DNA of 44,491 nt from Candidatus Woesearchaeota archaeon (GCA_018698915.1 JABIPN010000017.1:1-44491); one strand, 5' to 3'; numbered from the stretch's first letter, positions 1 through 10,092 are shown. The notes: generated by a model from the sequence alone, not told the origin. A program made the numbers and translations.

Positions 1-1365
1 AAATATATTTCAGGTTATGTGTTTGCAGCAGACAACACGTTAAACCTAATAACAGATAACTGGATAAATATAGTTTTGACTTGGGATGAAGATACAGAAG
101 AGTTCAAACACTATTATCAAGGAAATAATAAAAAGACATATGAATACAGATATCAAAATAATGTTATAGATGGAATAACTACTGACTGCGTAAATAGTGA
201 TGGTGTTCCAGTGACCAGTTGGGTACCAGACGAACAAATAGTTAAGTTCTACGGAGATCCATGGAATTCAAAACTAGACGAAATCAGGATATATGACATA
301 GCTCTAACAGAAGCTCAAGTTGCAGCATTATACGGCGCTTACACTGCAAATCAACCACCAACTATTACAGCCATAGACGATATTTCACGTCCAGAAGACT
401 CAGTGTTCACAGTGCAAGTGGAAGCAACAGATCCAGAAAACAATCCCACAGTTTATGCACTAGACTCTGCTTCTGATTTAACTAATGAACTTTCTATAGA
501 TTCTTCCAGTGGAGTAATAACTGGAACATTACCTTCATTCATAGATGGAGGCAACAATCAATATACTATTGTGGTTGAAGCATCAGACGGCGACGGAAAT
601 GCAGCAACAGAATCTTTCAGTATAACTGTATTATCTGACGCAGATTCAGACGGAGTCCAAGATGATGAAGATCTTTGTTCAAATACTGCTGTGGGCACAA
701 CTGTAAATGAAGCAGGATGTTCAGAGTCTCAATTAGATTCAGATTCAGACGGAGTCTCAGATGATGCAGATCTTTGTTCAAATACTGCTGCTACTGATTC
801 AATTGATGAATATGGGTGTTCAGAGTCTCAATTAGACGCTAACGCAGATTCAGATGAAGATGGAGTAATAAATAGTGATGATTTATGTCCAGCAACACCT
901 ATAGATGCAACAGTAAATAGTGTTGGATGTCCAGATACTGATGGCGATGGAACACACGATGATACAGACACAGTTTGGTCACTAACTGAAGATGTACCAG
1001 GCGCAACAACAGACGAAGAAGTCCAAGTAATAAGCCACTCATTAGAAAATGATGGAACGTTCAGTATGAATTTACAAGCTGCAACAAATGATGATGAAGA
1101 ACTAACAAGTTTAACAGATTCATTAGTATTAGTAAAAGTAACATATTATGATCTACAAACAAATGAAGAAATTTCATCAACAATTTACACATCACAAATA
1201 TCAATAGGTGAAACTTCAGTAGAAGCATTCTCAATATCCGTACCTGCGTCAGAAACAGCAGTAAGATATATCGCCACAGTTAATATTTGGTCAGGAATGA
1301 TTGGTGCAGCAGATTGGCAACCATACTCCGAAAAGATTGAATTGAGAGGAGAATTCCACCCTTAA
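1..1365 (+). CDS. Large acidic surface protein, 5'-partial: LamG-like C-terminal part, cadherin/Ig-like domain and thrombospondin type-3-like Ca-binding repeats
   Basis: Frame is open from base 1, so the gene starts upstream of the window. LamG-type 'LDEIRIYDIALTEAQVAALY'; cadherin-like 'NQPPTI..ATDPE..IDSSSGVITG..YTIVVEASDG'; repeated 'DSDGVxDDxDLCxxT..GC'. Confidence 0.8.
   Translation, partial: KYISGYVFAADNTLNLITDNWINIVLTWDEDTEEFKHYYQGNNKKTYEYRYQNNVIDGITTDCVNSDGVPVTSWVPDEQIVKFYGDPWNSKLDEIRIYDIALTEAQVAALYGAYTANQPPTITAIDDISRPEDSVFTVQVEATDPENNPTVYALDSASDLTNELSIDSSSGVITGTLPSFIDGGNNQYTIVVEASDGDGNAATESFSITVLSDADSDGVQDDEDLCSNTAVGTTVNEAGCSESQLDSDSDGVSDDADLCSNTAATDSIDEYGCSESQLDANADSDEDGVINSDDLCPATPIDATVNSVGCPDTDGDGTHDDTDTVWSLTEDVPGATTDEEVQVISHSLENDGTFSMNLQAATNDDEELTSLTDSLVLVKVTYYDLQTNEEISSTIYTSQISIGETSVEAFSISVPASETAVRYIATVNIWSGMIGAADWQPYSEKIELRGEFHP
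643..840 (+). repeat. 99-bp tandem duplication (two 33-aa TSP3-like units), with more diverged copies to ~960
   Basis: gattcagacggagtc at 643 and 742; gatctttgttcaaatactgctg at 670 and 769. Confidence 0.85.
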
Positions 1366-1367
1366 TA

Positions 1368-2042
1368 ATGAAAAAGATACTAACTTTGTTGGCATTATTA
1401 TTTCTTCTTCCAGCAGCGCTAGCAACAACGCTAACTGCAACTTCACCACTGGCATCAAACTCAGTTATTCAATATTCAGGATCATGTAGCTCTGCAGGGG
1501 CTGTCGGAATCCAAATTTCATTTAGCGGAAACATGGTTCATTTTGACCAATTAACTGGATCACCGAGCTTTACTAGTTCTAGCTCATCAACACCTTACAC
1601 AGCAACAACTGATGGAGATTACACAATTTCTGCATCATGTGCAGGAGAAGCTTCAGCAAGCGCAACTGTTTGTGTGGGTTCAAGTTGTCCAGCAGCAAGT
1701 GCAGGAAACGGTGAAGGAAACGGTGAAGAAGTCTCAGAAAACGAAGGAAGTAGTGGAGGTTCCGGACCGCCAGTCGTCGTAGGTTCATCTGGCGGAAGCT
1801 CAGGCAGTTCTGGCGGAAGCGCTAGCTCAGCAGCAGGATCAAATCAAGCAGTAGATAACACACCAACACAAGACGCAAGTGATTCAAATCAAGACGATAA
1901 TGGAGATCAAGAAGAAGGAAGTTCAACACTATTAATCACATTACTAATATTAGCATTATTAATTGGCGGAGGATTTTTCTTATGGAAGAAATACAAGAAA
2001 CCACAAGAATATACTCCAATGCCTCAAACACCACCTCAATAA
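1368..2042 (+). CDS. Secreted, C-terminally membrane-anchored protein with Gly/Ser linker
   Basis: Signal peptide MKKILTLLALLFLLPAALA, small Cys-containing beta domain, G/S-rich linker, TM helix followed by KKYKK. Confidence 0.8.
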   Translation: MKKILTLLALLFLLPAALATTLTATSPLASNSVIQYSGSCSSAGAVGIQISFSGNMVHFDQLTGSPSFTSSSSSTPYTATTDGDYTISASCAGEASASATVCVGSSCPAASAGNGEGNGEEVSENEGSSGGSGPPVVVGSSGGSSGSSGGSASSAAGSNQAVDNTPTQDASDSNQDDNGDQEEGSSTLLITLLILALLIGGGFFLWKKYKKPQEYTPMPQTPPQ

Positions 2043-2043
2043 A

Positions 2044-2805
2044 ATGGTTTTAGAAAGAATAATATCTCCAGACAATTACAAAGGTAGTTACTTGAAAGCA
2101 ACTTTGTTTGGAATAATAATAACTGCTATTGGATTAACAATTGGTTATAATCTATTTCCTGACGACGCAGCACTTGCAGCAATATTTTTTATACTAATAG
2201 CAGCAGTCCCATTTTTCAGAACATTAATGGTTCAAGAAGAGCGAGCTGAAAAGACATCACACAATCTAAAAGAGATGATCGTAAGAAACAAATATGCGTT
2301 AGAATATTTTTTCTTTTTCTATGCAGGAATTTTCCTAACATATTTTGTAGGAGCATTAATTCTTCCAGAAACAATACAATCTGCTTTATTCGGAAATCAA
2401 TTTGGAGTATTCAAATCAGTTCTCGGTAGCTTTGCAAATCAAGAACATTTTTACATGATTTTATTCAATAATTTGAAAATAGTAATATTGGCACTTATTC
2501 TTTCATTAATCTACGGAGCAGGAGCATTAATGATTCTAACTTGGAATGCATCAGTTCTCGGAGTTTTCCTAGCACAACAAGGACTTCAATTATGGAAATA
2601 TTTACCTCATGCAGGATTAGAATTTTTAGGATTCTTTGCAGCTTCAATTGCCGGAGGAATTCTTTCAGCAGGTGTCGAAAAGCATGAAGTCGGAACAAAG
2701 AATTTCAAACATGTTTATGAAGATGCATTATTCCTAGCAATCGCCGCAGTTTTAATTATAATTTTAGCAGCAATTGTGGAAGTTTACGTTTTTCCAATAT
2801 TTTAA
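2044..2805 (+). CDS. SpoIIM (stage II sporulation protein M)-family membrane protein
   Basis: Multi-TM; 'ILFNNLKI', 'WNASVLG', 'LPHAGLE' motifs; start moved to ATG 2044 just after the upstream stop. Confidence 0.75.
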   Translation: MVLERIISPDNYKGSYLKATLFGIIITAIGLTIGYNLFPDDAALAAIFFILIAAVPFFRTLMVQEERAEKTSHNLKEMIVRNKYALEYFFFFYAGIFLTYFVGALILPETIQSALFGNQFGVFKSVLGSFANQEHFYMILFNNLKIVILALILSLIYGAGALMILTWNASVLGVFLAQQGLQLWKYLPHAGLEFLGFFAASIAGGILSAGVEKHEVGTKNFKHVYEDALFLAIAAVLIIILAAIVEVYVFPIF

Positions 2806-2813
2806 ACCAAAAC

Positions 2814-2932
2814 TTATATAAACACATCACTACAACTCTTAATACCCCTACATCGTATCTAGAATTCTGTCGCGAAAGCAAGATTATTAAGAACTATAAA
2901 CTCTCAAAAACACGCAACACAAGGTTTAAAAA
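2814..2932 (+). promoter_or_regulatory. Two TATA-like boxes upstream of the rpl3 operon
   Basis: ttatataaa at 2814 and tttaaaaa at 2925, the latter ~28 nt before the rpl3 ATG. Confidence 0.5.
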
Positions 2933-2960
2933 CACAACCTAACAATCGAATAAATAAAAA

Positions 2961-3959
2961 ATGGGAAGTTCAGCAGGATTCAGACGAAGACCAAGAAGAG
3001 GAAGCCTACAGTATTGGCATAGAAAGAAAGCCAATCGTGAAACTCCTAGAATTCGGGCTTGGAACCGAATTTCTGACGTAAAACTATTAGGTTTTGCAGG
3101 GTATAAAGCCGGTATGACCCACATCAATTTTGTTGACAACCGACCAAAATCTCCAACAAAGGGCGAGGAAATCCGAGTCCCAGTTACGATTCTTGAAACA
3201 CCTTCAATTAACATTTTTAACATCCGATTATATTCTTCTGACAATTACGGTAAAAAAGTAATGGCTGAATCATTTGCTGACAACCTTGATCTGAAACTTG
3301 CAAAGCGATTAGATCTACCAAAAAAGAGAGCAAATCCAGATAAATTAGCTGAACTTTTACCAAAAGCTTCCGAAGTCAGAGTTCTTGCATACACAAATCC
3401 AAGCGCAACAGCAATTGCAAAAAAGAAACCGGACATAATGGAATTAGCAATTGGCGGAAATGATGTCAACGCACAATTCGAATACGCAAAATCAATTTTA
3501 GGAACAGAAGTTCAAATTGAAGATATTTTCTCAAGTTCAGAATCAATCGATGTTCATGCTGTAACAAAAGGAAAAGGATTCCAAGGATCAATTAAAAGAT
3601 TCGGAGTATCTATTCTACACAGAAAAGCACACAGCGATGGAAGAAGAAAAGTAGCTACACTAGGTAACTGGATGGCTAAAACTTGGAGAGTTCCACACCC
3701 AGGACAAATGGGTTATCATAATCGAACTGAATCCAGCAAGCAAATTTTAAAGATTGCAAACGCTGAAGAATCACCAATTACACCAAAGGGCGGATTTGTA
3801 AAGTACGGAGAAGTTAAAGGAAAGTATGCTTTAATCGCAGGGAGCCTTCCTGGTCCAAAAAAGAGACTTATTCGACTAACCTTTGCAAAAAGAGCACATT
3901 CAGGTGCATTCCCTGCAATTGAAAGTATAGAAGCGTCAACAATTACACAACAAAGATAA
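2961..3959 (+). CDS. rpl3: 50S ribosomal protein L3
   Basis: PRRGSL, GFAGYKAGMTH, TKGKGFQG motifs. Confidence 0.98.
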   Translation: MGSSAGFRRRPRRGSLQYWHRKKANRETPRIRAWNRISDVKLLGFAGYKAGMTHINFVDNRPKSPTKGEEIRVPVTILETPSINIFNIRLYSSDNYGKKVMAESFADNLDLKLAKRLDLPKKRANPDKLAELLPKASEVRVLAYTNPSATAIAKKKPDIMELAIGGNDVNAQFEYAKSILGTEVQIEDIFSSSESIDVHAVTKGKGFQGSIKRFGVSILHRKAHSDGRRKVATLGNWMAKTWRVPHPGQMGYHNRTESSKQILKIANAEESPITPKGGFVKYGEVKGKYALIAGSLPGPKKRLIRLTFAKRAHSGAFPAIESIEASTITQQR

Positions 3960-4720
3960 TGAAAAAGGCACAAGTATTACGAGTCAGTGGAGGAAAAACC
4001 TCAGATATAGAACTACCTATTCAATTTGTAGAACCACTTAGAATCGATCTTATTCAAAGAGCAGTTAGAGCATTACAATTTAATAGAAGACAACCATACG
4101 GACATGATTTAATGGCCGGAAAAAGACAAGGATATGCAACTTCTAAATTAAGAAATAGTTACAGAACAACATATGGAAAAGGAATTTCAAGAGTTCGTAG
4201 AAAACACTTACGAAGTCAAGGAAAACAATTTACTTGGGTTGGTGCATTTGTTGCTAGTGCAATTGGTGGAATGAAGGTATTCGCACCGAGAGCAGAAAAG
4301 AATCTAATAGTTAAAATTAACAACAAGGAACGAAGAAAAGCAATTCGTTCTGCAATCGCAGCGTCAAAATATACAATAATTGATGCAAAGATTGAAGTAT
4401 TAAAGAAAACTGCTGAAGTCAAAAAATCAATGGAATCAAACAATCTTGGAAAAGAATTGGAAAGAGCAAAAATTAAGAAGGTTCGAGCAGGAAAAGGAAC
4501 ACGAAGAGGAAGAAAATATAAAACAAAAGTAGGCCCTCTATTAGTATTTAGTAAAGTTTGTCCAGCATTAATTGCAGCTGAAAACATTCAAGGAATTGAT
4601 GCCGTTATTGTAAATAATCTTAATGCAGAATTACTTGCACCAGGAGGACAACCAGGAAGATCAACTGTTTGGAGTTCTGATGCAATCAAAAGACTAAAGG
4701 AGGAGAATTTATTCAACTAA
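3959..4720 (+). CDS. rpl4: 50S ribosomal protein L4
   Basis: KINNKERRKAIRSAIAA, LNAELLAPGG; operon position. Confidence 0.97.
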   Translation: MKKAQVLRVSGGKTSDIELPIQFVEPLRIDLIQRAVRALQFNRRQPYGHDLMAGKRQGYATSKLRNSYRTTYGKGISRVRRKHLRSQGKQFTWVGAFVASAIGGMKVFAPRAEKNLIVKINNKERRKAIRSAIAASKYTIIDAKIEVLKKTAEVKKSMESNNLGKELERAKIKKVRAGKGTRRGRKYKTKVGPLLVFSKVCPALIAAENIQGIDAVIVNNLNAELLAPGGQPGRSTVWSSDAIKRLKEENLFN

Positions 4721-4721
4721 A

Positions 4722-4991
4722 ATGAAAGGAAATAAAGTATTTGACATTTTGAAGTATCCTTTAGCAACAGAAAAAGCAGTTCGAGCAATCGAGGCAGAAA
4801 ACACATTAATATTCGCAGTTCACAGAGAATCAACAAAGAAACAAATTAAGTGGGCTATTGAAACAGAGTACAAAGTAAAAGTAACTTCTGTTCGAACACT
4901 AAATGACATGAATGGAATAAAGAAAGCCTATGTAAGATTGGATCAATCAAACTTAGCAGTTGATGTAACTTCCAAGCTAGGATTAATATAA
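4722..4991 (+). CDS. rpl23: 50S ribosomal protein L23
   Basis: PLATEKA, ENTLIF, KKAYVRL. Confidence 0.97.
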   Translation: MKGNKVFDILKYPLATEKAVRAIEAENTLIFAVHRESTKKQIKWAIETEYKVKVTSVRTLNDMNGIKKAYVRLDQSNLAVDVTSKLGLI

Positions 4992-4992
4992 A

Positions 4993-5709
4993 ATGGGTAA
5001 ACGATTAAGACAACAAAGACGAGGAAAAGGGTCTATTCATAAGACACCTAGTCACCGTTCTCTTGGGAAATTAAGTTATCCTTCATATCAAGGCGAAGCC
5101 CTATACGGAAGAATTCTAGATATAACTACTTCTCGAATGCATAATGGTCCATTAATGGTTGTTGAATATGACAACGGAGACTTATCACTAACTCCAGCTC
5201 CATTTGGAGTCAGAGTAGGGCAAAATATCTCAATGGGAGATACAAACCCAGGAAACGGGAATATAATGAAGATCAAAGATATGCCAACAGGAACATTAGT
5301 CTTCAATTTAGAAAGAGTGCCGGGAGATGGTGGAAAATACGTAAGAACTTCAGGAACTGCAGCTCAAGTTTTAGGAAGAGAAGGAAAAGGGATTGCAATA
5401 AAATTACCTTCAAAGAAAAAATTGATACTTAACGAAAACTGCTTTGCAACAATTGGGACAATTGCAGGAGCAGGAAGAACTAACAAACCTTTTGTCCGAG
5501 CTGGAAACAAATTCTATGCCATGAAAGCAAGAGGACTAAAGTATCCAAAAGTTAGAGGTCGAGCAATGAATGCTGTAGATCACCCACACGGTGGAACTAG
5601 ACCTAAACAAATGGGTATGGGTAAATATTCCACAACAGTTCCTAGAAACTTACCGCCAGGTAAGAAGGTAGGACATATCGCAGCCAGAAGAACAGGAAAG
5701 AAGAAATAA
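4993..5709 (+). CDS. rpl2: 50S ribosomal protein L2
   Basis: MGKRLRQQRRG, PKVRGRAMNAVDHPHGG, PPGKKVGHIAARRTG. Confidence 0.98.
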   Translation: MGKRLRQQRRGKGSIHKTPSHRSLGKLSYPSYQGEALYGRILDITTSRMHNGPLMVVEYDNGDLSLTPAPFGVRVGQNISMGDTNPGNGNIMKIKDMPTGTLVFNLERVPGDGGKYVRTSGTAAQVLGREGKGIAIKLPSKKKLILNENCFATIGTIAGAGRTNKPFVRAGNKFYAMKARGLKYPKVRGRAMNAVDHPHGGTRPKQMGMGKYSTTVPRNLPPGKKVGHIAARRTGKKK

Positions 5710-5710
5710 A

Positions 5711-6094
5711 ATGGTAGAAAAAGTGTTTAAGTTTAAAGGGAAGACAATGGAAGAACTTCTAGAATTAGATAGAAATCAATTTGCTGAATTATTAAGCTCA
5801 AGAAAAAGAAGAACAATAAAGAGAGGAATCTCAGAAAATCAAGAAAAGTTTATGGAAAAATTAGCAAAGGGAAAACCAAAGTTAAGAACTCACCGAAGAG
5901 ATATTATAATCACTCCAGCAATGGTTGGGAAAACTGTTGAAGTTTACAACGGAAAAAAGTTTATTACAATTATAATAAACGAAGAAATGCTCGGTTATTA
6001 CTTAGGATCACTTGTACAAACAAGAAAAATTGCATCACACAAAGGAACTGGAGTCGGAGCTACAAAGAGTTCAAAGCACCAAGGTAAGAAATAA
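5711..6094 (+). CDS. rps19: 30S ribosomal protein S19
   Basis: RTHRRDIIITPAMVG, VYNGKKF, GVGATKSS. Confidence 0.97.
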   Translation: MVEKVFKFKGKTMEELLELDRNQFAELLSSRKRRTIKRGISENQEKFMEKLAKGKPKLRTHRRDIIITPAMVGKTVEVYNGKKFITIIINEEMLGYYLGSLVQTRKIASHKGTGVGATKSSKHQGKK

Positions 6095-6726
6095 TGGTAA
6101 AAGGAATTAGTATGCAAGCATATGATGGAAAGACAATGGCTAAAGTAATTGGAAAGAACTTGCCAGTATCAAAGAAAGTCGCATACGAAGTAACAAATCA
6201 CATTCGAGGAAGAACAATCGAAAAAGCAATAGCAATATTGGAAGATGTTCAAGCAATGAAGATGCCCGTACCTTACAAGAGATATAATAAAGACACACCT
6301 CATCGAAAAGGAGATTTTGCAGCTGGAAGATTCCCTGAAAAAGCAGCAAGATACATAATTCCACTATTAAAATCACTAAAGTCAAACGCAGATGATAAAG
6401 GATTAACTGGCGAACTAATATTAGTTCATTCAGCAGCAAACATGACTGCAAAGAGACACAGATATGGAAGAGTAAGAGGAGTAAAGAGAACAACACACGT
6501 TGAGTTTGTTGCAGCTCCAACAACTAAACCAGCTAAAAAGGTTGAATCAAAGAAAGAAATCAAACCAGCTAAAAAGGTTGAATCAAAGAAAGAAATTAAA
6601 CCAGCTAAAAAGGTTGAATCAAAGAAAGAAATTAAACCAGTAAAGAAAGTTGAAGAAAAACCAAAGGCTGAAACAAAACCAAAAGAATCAAAATCTGAAA
6701 CAAAACCAAAGGAGAATAAAAAATGA
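6094..6726 (+). CDS. rpl22: 50S ribosomal protein L22 with repetitive Lys/Glu/Pro C-terminal tail
   Basis: VPYKRYNK..HRKG..GRFPEKAA core; tail of KPAKKVESKKEI repeats. Confidence 0.96.
   Translation: MVKGISMQAYDGKTMAKVIGKNLPVSKKVAYEVTNHIRGRTIEKAIAILEDVQAMKMPVPYKRYNKDTPHRKGDFAAGRFPEKAARYIIPLLKSLKSNADDKGLTGELILVHSAANMTAKRHRYGRVRGVKRTTHVEFVAAPTTKPAKKVESKKEIKPAKKVESKKEIKPAKKVESKKEIKPVKKVEEKPKAETKPKESKSETKPKENKK
6526..6654 (+). repeat. 36-bp in-frame tandem repeat, about 3.5 copies
   Basis: aaaccagctaaaaaggttgaatcaaagaaagaaat(c/t) at 6526, 6562 and 6598; partial copy at 6634. Confidence 0.95.
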
Positions 6727-7490
6727 TTGAACGAGAATTCATAAATGAAAAAATGAAGCAACTAAAAATCAAAGAAGCAATAGGAAGAGAATTCACAAAG
6801 AGCGCTGAAATCGGCGAAATCACTATGGAAAAAACACCATTAGGTGAACGAATCATAATCAGTACAACTCGACCAGGAATAATCATCGGGAGAGGCGGTT
6901 CTACAATTAAAGAATTAACTAATAAGTTAAAAAATAAATTCAGATTAGAAAATCCGCAAATTGAAACTTTAGAAATTCCAAATCCACACAAAAGTGCAGA
7001 AGTTGTTGCAAAGAAAATTGCAGGAGAACTTGAAAGATTCGGACCTTCAAGATTCAAAGGAATAGGTTACCGAGAGATGGGAAAGATAATGACTGCCGGA
7101 GCATTCGGAGTAGAAATTGTTATTGATGGACCAATTCCTGGTGCACGTTCAAGAAAATGGAGATTTTATAATGGTTACATGAAGAAGTGCGGTTTCATTT
7201 CAGATAATTTACTAGATAAAGCTCAAGCAGATGCAGTTCTAAAGAAAGGAACAGTCGGAGTTTCAGTTACAATAATGCATCCAGATACACCACTTCCAGA
7301 CAAAATTATTATCGTAGAACCTGAATCTGAAAAGACAGAAACTATTGAGTTGGAAGAAGTAGTAGAAGAAAAACCAAAAGAAGAAACTAAACCAGAGGTA
7401 AAGAAAGCACCAGCTAAAAAAGTTGAAGTAAAGAAAGAAACTAAACTCGCGGTAAAGAAAGCACCAGCAAAAAAGGAGACTAAGAAATAA
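6723..7490 (+). CDS. rps3: 30S ribosomal protein S3
   Basis: KTPLG, KH motif RPGIIIGRGG, GYMKKCG; charged tail. Confidence 0.97.
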   Translation: MIEREFINEKMKQLKIKEAIGREFTKSAEIGEITMEKTPLGERIIISTTRPGIIIGRGGSTIKELTNKLKNKFRLENPQIETLEIPNPHKSAEVVAKKIAGELERFGPSRFKGIGYREMGKIMTAGAFGVEIVIDGPIPGARSRKWRFYNGYMKKCGFISDNLLDKAQADAVLKKGTVGVSVTIMHPDTPLPDKIIIVEPESEKTETIELEEVVEEKPKEETKPEVKKAPAKKVEVKKETKLAVKKAPAKKETKK

Positions 7491-7696
7491 TGGCAATACT
7501 CAGATCAAAAGAAATCAGAGACAAGAAAATGAAAGCAAGAGAATCAAGTATGATTGACTTAAAACGAGAACTTGCAAAATTAAACTCACAAAAAGCATCA
7601 GGAAGAATCCCAGAAAATTCAGGTAAGATTCGAGAAATAAGAAGAACTGTTGCAAGAATATTAACAATCAACAAAGAGGAGGTAACTAGCAAATAA
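7490..7696 (+). CDS. rpl29: 50S ribosomal protein L29
   Basis: GKIREIRRTVARILT. Confidence 0.95.
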   Translation: MAILRSKEIRDKKMKARESSMIDLKRELAKLNSQKASGRIPENSGKIREIRRTVARILTINKEEVTSK

Positions 7697-8001
7697 TGAG
7701 CGACATAGACCCATTAACCGGTTTGCCAAAAGATCTTGGTACAATTGAAAATATTTCCAAGGAAACGCAGATAATTCAAATTAGAGTTGATCGGCGAAGA
7801 TACGGAAAGGCAATGACAATTGTTGAAGGCTTCGATTCTTCAGTAGATGTAAAATCTTTGGCAAAACAACTTAAGTCTCGTTTAGCAACTGGCGGAACTT
7901 TGAAGGGAAAGACAATTGAACTTCAAGGGGACCAACGCGAACGAGTTAAGGCGATACTAATTAAGATGGGCTATTCACAAGAAGGGATTGATGTAAAATG
8001 A
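7696..8001 (+). CDS. sui1: Translation initiation factor SUI1/aIF1
   Basis: RRYGKAMTIVEG, LKSRLATGGT, IELQGD. Confidence 0.95.
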   Translation: MSDIDPLTGLPKDLGTIENISKETQIIQIRVDRRRYGKAMTIVEGFDSSVDVKSLAKQLKSRLATGGTLKGKTIELQGDQRERVKAILIKMGYSQEGIDVK

Positions 8002-8258
8002 TAACACCTCAAAATATACTGAGACATGAGTTGATTGGACTTAATGTGCAAGTCACAAAAGCACTCAACCCACTTTCAAGAAATATTAAAGGTGAAGTCA
8101 TAGATGAAACCCAACAAACAATACTCATTCGAACAAAAAACGGCGACAAAAAACTCCTTAAACGACTTGCGACTTTCGAGTTTGACTTGAAAAAAGCAAG
8201 AGTAGAAGTTAAAGGATTAGAATTGATTGGACGTTCGTGGGAAAGAATAAAAAAATAA
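7998..8258 (+). CDS. rnp1: Ribonuclease P protein component 1 (Rpp29/Pop4)
   Basis: [17 protein letters not shown]; canonical position before rps17. Confidence 0.93.
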   Translation: MITPQNILRHELIGLNVQVTKALNPLSRNIKGEVIDETQQTILIRTKNGDKKLLKRLATFEFDLKKARVEVKGLELIGRSWERIKK

Positions 8259-8259
8259 A

Positions 8260-8598
8260 ATGGCAAAAACTGAAAAATCAAAGGCAAAGAAACCTGCAAA
8301 GAAACCTGCGCCAAAGAAAGAAGTAACTAAAATAGACTCAATTGCACCAACTCGAGGAAGAACTTTTGTTGGAAAAGTTATTTCGGATAAGATGCCTAAG
8401 ACAGTAAATGTTGAATGGGCAAGACAGGCTTACTTGTACAAATATGAACGTTATTATCCAACGAAATCAAGAGTTAAAGCACACAATCCTGAACACATTA
8501 AAGCAAAAGTTGGAGATATGGTAAGAATTGCAGAATGTAGACCAATTAGTAAAACTAAGAAATTCATAGTTATCGAAAAAATGGAGGCAAAGAAATGA
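8260..8598 (+). CDS. rps17: 30S ribosomal protein S17
   Basis: [26 protein letters not shown]. Confidence 0.97.
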   Translation: MAKTEKSKAKKPAKKPAPKKEVTKIDSIAPTRGRTFVGKVISDKMPKTVNVEWARQAYLYKYERYYPTKSRVKAHNPEHIKAKVGDMVRIAECRPISKTKKFIVIEKMEAKK

Positions 8599-8999
8599 GA
8601 CCAATTAAAATAAATCCAGTAAGATCAATTCCAATTGGCGCTGTAATTAATATTGCTGACAATTCAGGAGCTCGTAAACTTAAAGTAATTAGCGTAAAAG
8701 GTTTCAAAGCAAGAACTAGACAATTAGGATGTGCAGGAGTTGCAGATCTAGTAACAGGAACAGTAGTTGCAGGAAACCAAGACATGAAACACAACGTAGT
8801 CCAAGCAGTAATTATTCGACAAAAGAAAGAATATGCAAGACAAGACGGAATTAGAGTTTCATTTGAAGATAATGCCGGAGCAATAATTAAAGATCTAAAA
8901 TTAGGAACACCAAAGGGAACCGTTATTAAGGGCCCAGTAGCAAAGGAGGTAGCCTTGCGATGGTCACAAGTTGGCAAGTTGGCAAGTATATTACTATAA
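8595..8999 (+). CDS. rpl14: 50S ribosomal protein L14
   Basis: ADNSGAR, FEDNA, GPVAKE. Confidence 0.97.
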   Translation: MRPIKINPVRSIPIGAVINIADNSGARKLKVISVKGFKARTRQLGCAGVADLVTGTVVAGNQDMKHNVVQAVIIRQKKEYARQDGIRVSFEDNAGAIIKDLKLGTPKGTVIKGPVAKEVALRWSQVGKLASILL

Positions 9000-9379
9000 T
9001 GAAAATAAGATGGAGTAAAACATGGGGAAGAAGTGTTCAACCTAGAAAGCAAAGAAAGTTCATATTCAATGCTCCAAATCATATTAAGAGAAAATTACTG
9101 GCTTCACCACTAAGTAAAGTTCTTAGAAAAGAACACAAAAAAAGAAGTCTAGTAGTGAGGAAAGGAGATACAGTAAAGATATTGAGAGGACAATTCAAAG
9201 GAACAATGGGAAAAATAACTGAAATTAATATGAAGAAAACTCGAATATTTGTAGATGGAGCTCACCAAATAAAAGCAAACGGTCAAATTGCACCGTACCC
9301 AATCCATCCGTCGAATTTAGTAATAATCACACCAATACTTTCAGACAAAAAAAGAAAGGAGGTATTAGCTAGAAAATGA
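8999..9379 (+). CDS. rpl24: 50S ribosomal protein L24
   Basis: SVQPRKQRK, VRKGDTVKILRGQFKG, PIHPSNL; start reassigned to ATG 8999 (TAATG overlap). Confidence 0.96.
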   Translation: MKIRWSKTWGRSVQPRKQRKFIFNAPNHIKRKLLASPLSKVLRKEHKKRSLVVRKGDTVKILRGQFKGTMGKITEINMKKTRIFVDGAHQIKANGQIAPYPIHPSNLVIITPILSDKKRKEVLARK

Positions 9380-10092
9380 GCAAACAAAGACATATTTCAA
9401 GATTAGCAGCACCAAGATCATGGCAAGTTGCACGTAAAGCAACAAAATGGATATCAAAACCATTACCGGGTCCAAGAACAAAAGTAGAAGGAATTCCACT
9501 AGTTGTATTGCTACGAGATGTAACTGGAATAATCGAAAATAAAAGAGAATTAAAATATCTAATCAACACAAAACAAATTATGGTAAATGGAAAATTATAC
9601 AAAGAAACAAACCTGGCAGTGGGGTTGTTTGATGTAATTTCATTTCCATCAATAAAAAAGAGCTACAGAGTTGTTCTAACAAAACTTGGAAAACTCCAAA
9701 TGGTTGAAATTTCAGAAAAAGAAGCAAACACATTATTACTTCAAGTCAATGAAAAGACCTCAGTAAAAGGAGGAAAACTCCAAATAAATCTTTCAAATGG
9801 ATGGAATTTACTAACTGATACAAAAACAAAAGTTAAAGTTGGAGAATCAGTATTATTCGATCTTAAGAAAAGAAAAATCAGTGAAAACTTTGGATTTAAC
9901 AAAGGAGCAACAGTATACTTCGTAAGAGGTAAACGAGCAGGACATTCAGCAGTATTTAAGTCTCTAAAAGAATCAGGAATTCTTCAAAGACAAAAGATTG
10001 CAGTACTTGAATTCGGAAAGGAGACAATTGAAAGTACTTTGAACAATTTAATTACCGTTGGTTCAAAGAAAGCTTCAATAACAATTAATTAA
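9376..10092 (+). CDS. rps4e: 30S ribosomal protein S4e
   Basis: HISRLAAPRSW, PGP, VGLFDVI. Confidence 0.96.
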   Translation: MSKQRHISRLAAPRSWQVARKATKWISKPLPGPRTKVEGIPLVVLLRDVTGIIENKRELKYLINTKQIMVNGKLYKETNLAVGLFDVISFPSIKKSYRVVLTKLGKLQMVEISEKEANTLLLQVNEKTSVKGGKLQINLSNGWNLLTDTKTKVKVGESVLFDLKKRKISENFGFNKGATVYFVRGKRAGHSAVFKSLKESGILQRQKIAVLEFGKETIESTLNNLITVGSKKASITIN

